A stretch of 64,000 bases of DNA from the NCBI GenBank assembly GCA_963827655.1, contig CAWHCF010000045.1, positions 1-64,000 on the forward strand. The letters run 5' to 3'. Under the pieces are notes generated by a model. The model was given only the letters and a program-made list of their open reading frames with translations, was not told where the DNA came from and searched no databases. Source of the stretch: an uncultured Acidobacteriota bacterium (GTDB lineage Bacteria; Acidobacteriota; UBA6911). Made by a program: the position numbers and the translations under genes. Below are positions 61,612-64,000 of this stretch, one piece after another (the first letter of the stretch is position 1; every line of letters begins with the position of its first letter).

Positions 61612-62898
61612 TCAGTCTTGGTGGTATTCGTTTCGCAGTGCGAATCTATAGTGACACCAGGAAAATCGAATCATTAGATGCGGGGGCTTGAATTCGACCA
61701 CGGCTGAAACGGCTGGCCCTTCCACTCCGGCCAGGTTTCGGGTCCGCGCCTCGAACCGGTTTTCCCCGGTCTGGAGGGTCCAGCGAGTACGGTCGCCGGT
61801 AAAAGGTTCCCACGGGCCCCCGTTGACACGGGAGAGATAGGTCTTGAAATTCGGCGTGGCGCTGCGAAGACGCACCTCGAGTTCCGCCGGCGCGATTTGC
61901 CGCGCTCGCAGATCCGGCACGCCCGGCGTCCACTCGATCTCGTGACGATTGCGTGTTGGGATAAAGGCGCTTGCGGCGTAGGCCCAGTGTTTGACGAGCT
62001 TGCCGCTGCCGCCCATGCGATACCAGGTCGTGTTCCGGAACGCGTCATTGTCTAAGATGAGCAGCCGGCTGCCTCCGCTCCAGTGTGGCTCCGTAAACGG
62101 ATTGGGACGCAGATAATAGGATGCCCACCAGTAGCTGCGGATGGTGCCTTCCGGAGCGTCGGGTTTCTCCATAGTCGCCTGACGCCGGTCGATTCCCTGC
62201 ATTTTCACAATCCCTTTTCCACCATCAGCCCGAACCGCCTCGTGGAGTTCCAGCGCCGAAAGCGGTATTCCATCCCGCTCGAAGTGGATATCGTATTTCG
62301 CGTCCAGCAGGACCCACTTCGCGTAGTCATTCGACCAGACTTCGTTTACGCCGTGGTGGATACTGCGACCCATGTCCTCATGGTTCCGGTCTACGCCAAG
62401 GTCCCGAACGACGTAGCCCATCGAAACCATCACGGCGTGCTGCACGGTCAGCGAATGCGAGCAGTGAAACCCGGCTCCGGTCTTTGCCTTCTCGAGGATG
62501 GCGAAGGCGTCCCCGCCCTCCTTCTGGTCGTTGTCGATCGGCCACCGGGTGTGTACCCAGTGCCGTAGCATCAACAACTTTCGGAACTCGTTTGGCTCGC
62601 CTGCGATGACTTTCTCAAGGCCATACTCGTCGCGAAGCCGCTTCAGGCGGGGATTGTGGTAATCCTCGATCGCGGCGAATACTTCCGGGGGGTAGAACCG
62701 CGGTCCGCTCACTGTCGCTCGCGCGATCGCCCCGGACGCTGATTCGATCTGCATCGGCCTTGGGTCCTGGGCCGGAGAATGTTTGGCAGTTTCGAAATAT
62801 GGAAGTGGGGGCCTGGACGAGACGACCTTTACCGCGCCTGACATCGCGATGACGCACACCGCCGAAAGGGTTCCGGCAAAGAGCCACAAGCGCTTCAT
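61612..62898 (-). CDS. Secreted transglutaminase-like domain protein
   Basis: Signal peptide; GFHCSH, HHGVNEVWSNDYAKWVLLD give a plausible Cys-His-Asp triad; 3' end runs into a repeat copy. Confidence 0.78.
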   Translation of the reverse strand: MKRLWLFAGTLSAVCVIAMSGAVKVVSSRPPLPYFETAKHSPAQDPRPMQIESASGAIARATVSGPRFYPPEVFAAIEDYHNPRLKRLRDEYGLEKVIAGEPNEFRKLLMLRHWVHTRWPIDNDQKEGGDAFAILEKAKTGAGFHCSHSLTVQHAVMVSMGYVVRDLGVDRNHEDMGRSIHHGVNEVWSNDYAKWVLLDAKYDIHFERDGIPLSALELHEAVRADGGKGIVKMQGIDRRQATMEKPDAPEGTIRSYWWASYYLRPNPFTEPHWSGGSRLLILDNDAFRNTTWYRMGGSGKLVKHWAYAASAFIPTRNRHEIEWTPGVPDLRARQIAPAELEVRLRSATPNFKTYLSRVNGGPWEPFTGDRTRWTLQTGENRFEARTRNLAGVEGPAVSAVVEFKPPHLMIRFSWCHYRFALRNEYHQD

Positions 62899-63463
62899 GT
62901 GTTTTGCACCTCTATCAAGAATGGGTAGGACCGTGTGTTCTGGGTCAGACCAGCTCCGAGCAACTTCATATCGCACGGGTTTGTGCCACAAGCGACATTC
63001 GCACAGTAGTCCGGTAGCCTCGCGACGCCCGGGAATGATTTCGGTGTGGTCTGTGACGACAACGGTTATCCCTGCCTCCTGGTGAATAGATGAATGCATA
63101 TTGTAACAGAGTTGACTGAGCGCGTCCGCTTTGAACACCCGCGCTATGACCATTCCAAGTTGGGTTAAAATACCACGTGACGAAGGAGACTGGCCAGCGC
63201 GTCAACGTCGCTACCAACTGCTTGCGCGACTCAAAGAAGGCCGCGCGCCGAGGGCGAGATCCCAACGGCACACCCAGACACATCCGGGACACAAGGAGAC
63301 TCGTGACACGCCGATTCCACGCCCCCGCAAAAGTATTTCGTGTATGATCGCACGGACGGTGCGGAGCCGGCGGAAACCGTTGATGGAGCAGCGGTGACCG
63401 GATTGGAATCGGCGATCTCCGCAAGACGCTTTGCGGCGTCGGGTTCAACCATAGCAACTCTTA

Positions 63464-63604
63464 GGGTTCGCGCAGAAATAAGTTCGTGGCCTGCGGGCCG
63501 CAGCCCGAAGGGGCGCGATCCTCAGCGTGCTTAGCGAACAGAAACCGGTTCAGGATTGACACCGACTCTCGCGCCAGAATGTGAAGTTATTTTTGCGCGA
63601 GCCC
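63464..63604. mobile_element. 141-bp MITE with 22-bp TIRs and TTA target duplication
   Basis: tta-gggttcgcgcagaaataagttc ... gaagttatttttgcgcgagccc-tta; TIRs match at 19 of 22 positions. Confidence 0.82.
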
Positions 63605-63711
63605 TTACCCTTGCAGGCTCCCAACGCGAGCACTCAGACTAACAAATCCACGATGTCGTGATTTCGAGATCCTGGTATTCATCAAAGCGGCGGAGAAGAG
63701 AGCGCGGCCCC

Positions 63712-64000
63712 ATGGCTATGTGCATGTTGGCGGTTGCTGCCCTCGCGATGGTCGCGGGTTCGGTCGTGGCCGAGGACTGGCCACGGTGGCGCGGCCCGCG
63801 TGGGGATGGAACCTGGAACGCCCCCAAACTCCCCGAGAAGTGGCCGGTTAACGGACTGAAGGTTGCCTGGAAGCAGCCCGTCGGGGGTGGCTACGCCGGC
63901 ATCATCGCGGCGCAGGGCCGCGTCTTCACGCTCGACCTCGAAGCGGCGATTCCACCACGGCCAAAGGGTGCGATCGAGGACGGCAATCCCGATGGCACCG
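63712..64000 (+). CDS. PQQ-binding-like beta-propeller protein, 3'-partial
   Basis: Signal peptide then EDWPRWRGPRGDG..WKQPVGGGYAG..GRVFTLD; not in the ORF track because it runs off the window. Confidence 0.88.
   Translation, partial: MAMCMLAVAALAMVAGSVVAEDWPRWRGPRGDGTWNAPKLPEKWPVNGLKVAWKQPVGGGYAGIIAAQGRVFTLDLEAAIPPRPKGAIEDGNPDGT

Noticed and set aside
2191-61632. Repeat families as a CRISPR array or integron attC sites
   Set aside because: Copies are dispersed with no regular spacers, no cas or intI gene, no RYYYAAC/GTTRRRY ends, and flanked genes are in mixed orientation.
62966-63457. Several overlapping ORFs upstream of the transglutaminase-like gene
   Set aside because: No RBS, motif or consistent frame.
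63556-63580. TTGACA inside the MITE as an outward promoter
   Set aside because: Nearest -10-like hexamer (CAGAAT) is only 13 bp away.

Overview
A GC-rich bacterial window whose gene style (Oar-type TonB-dependent receptors, wHTH-TolB-TPR regulator, tricorn protease, PQQ-like propeller) suggests Acidobacteriota; this is inference. It is a patchwork of about 40 unrelated accessory genes: RND efflux pair, peptidases, BNR/sialidase-like proteins, two PhoD, two TonB-dependent receptors, a heterodimeric ABC exporter and several TPR proteins. About ten genes are split by single-base indels, most likely long-read errors. I found no rRNA, tRNA, CRISPR array, transposase or integrase. The strongest unexplained signals are mostly non-coding: (1) a candidate ~150-nt sigma54-dependent small RNA on the minus strand (7951-8101) with -24/-12 box, IHF-like site, enhancer-position palindrome, three stem-loops and terminator; (2) an octamer-based repeat at most module boundaries, which brackets a GC-rich lgt-phoD block as inverted copies and abuts a truncated DUF1697 gene; (3) nested multi-hairpin REP/MITE elements and a clean 141-bp MITE with TTA duplication. 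Among proteins: a small-protein plus nucleotidyltransferase TA-like pair, three dispersed TIR or TIR-like proteins, and a SUMF1-fold/ApbE pair with a possible non-canonical flavinylation site.
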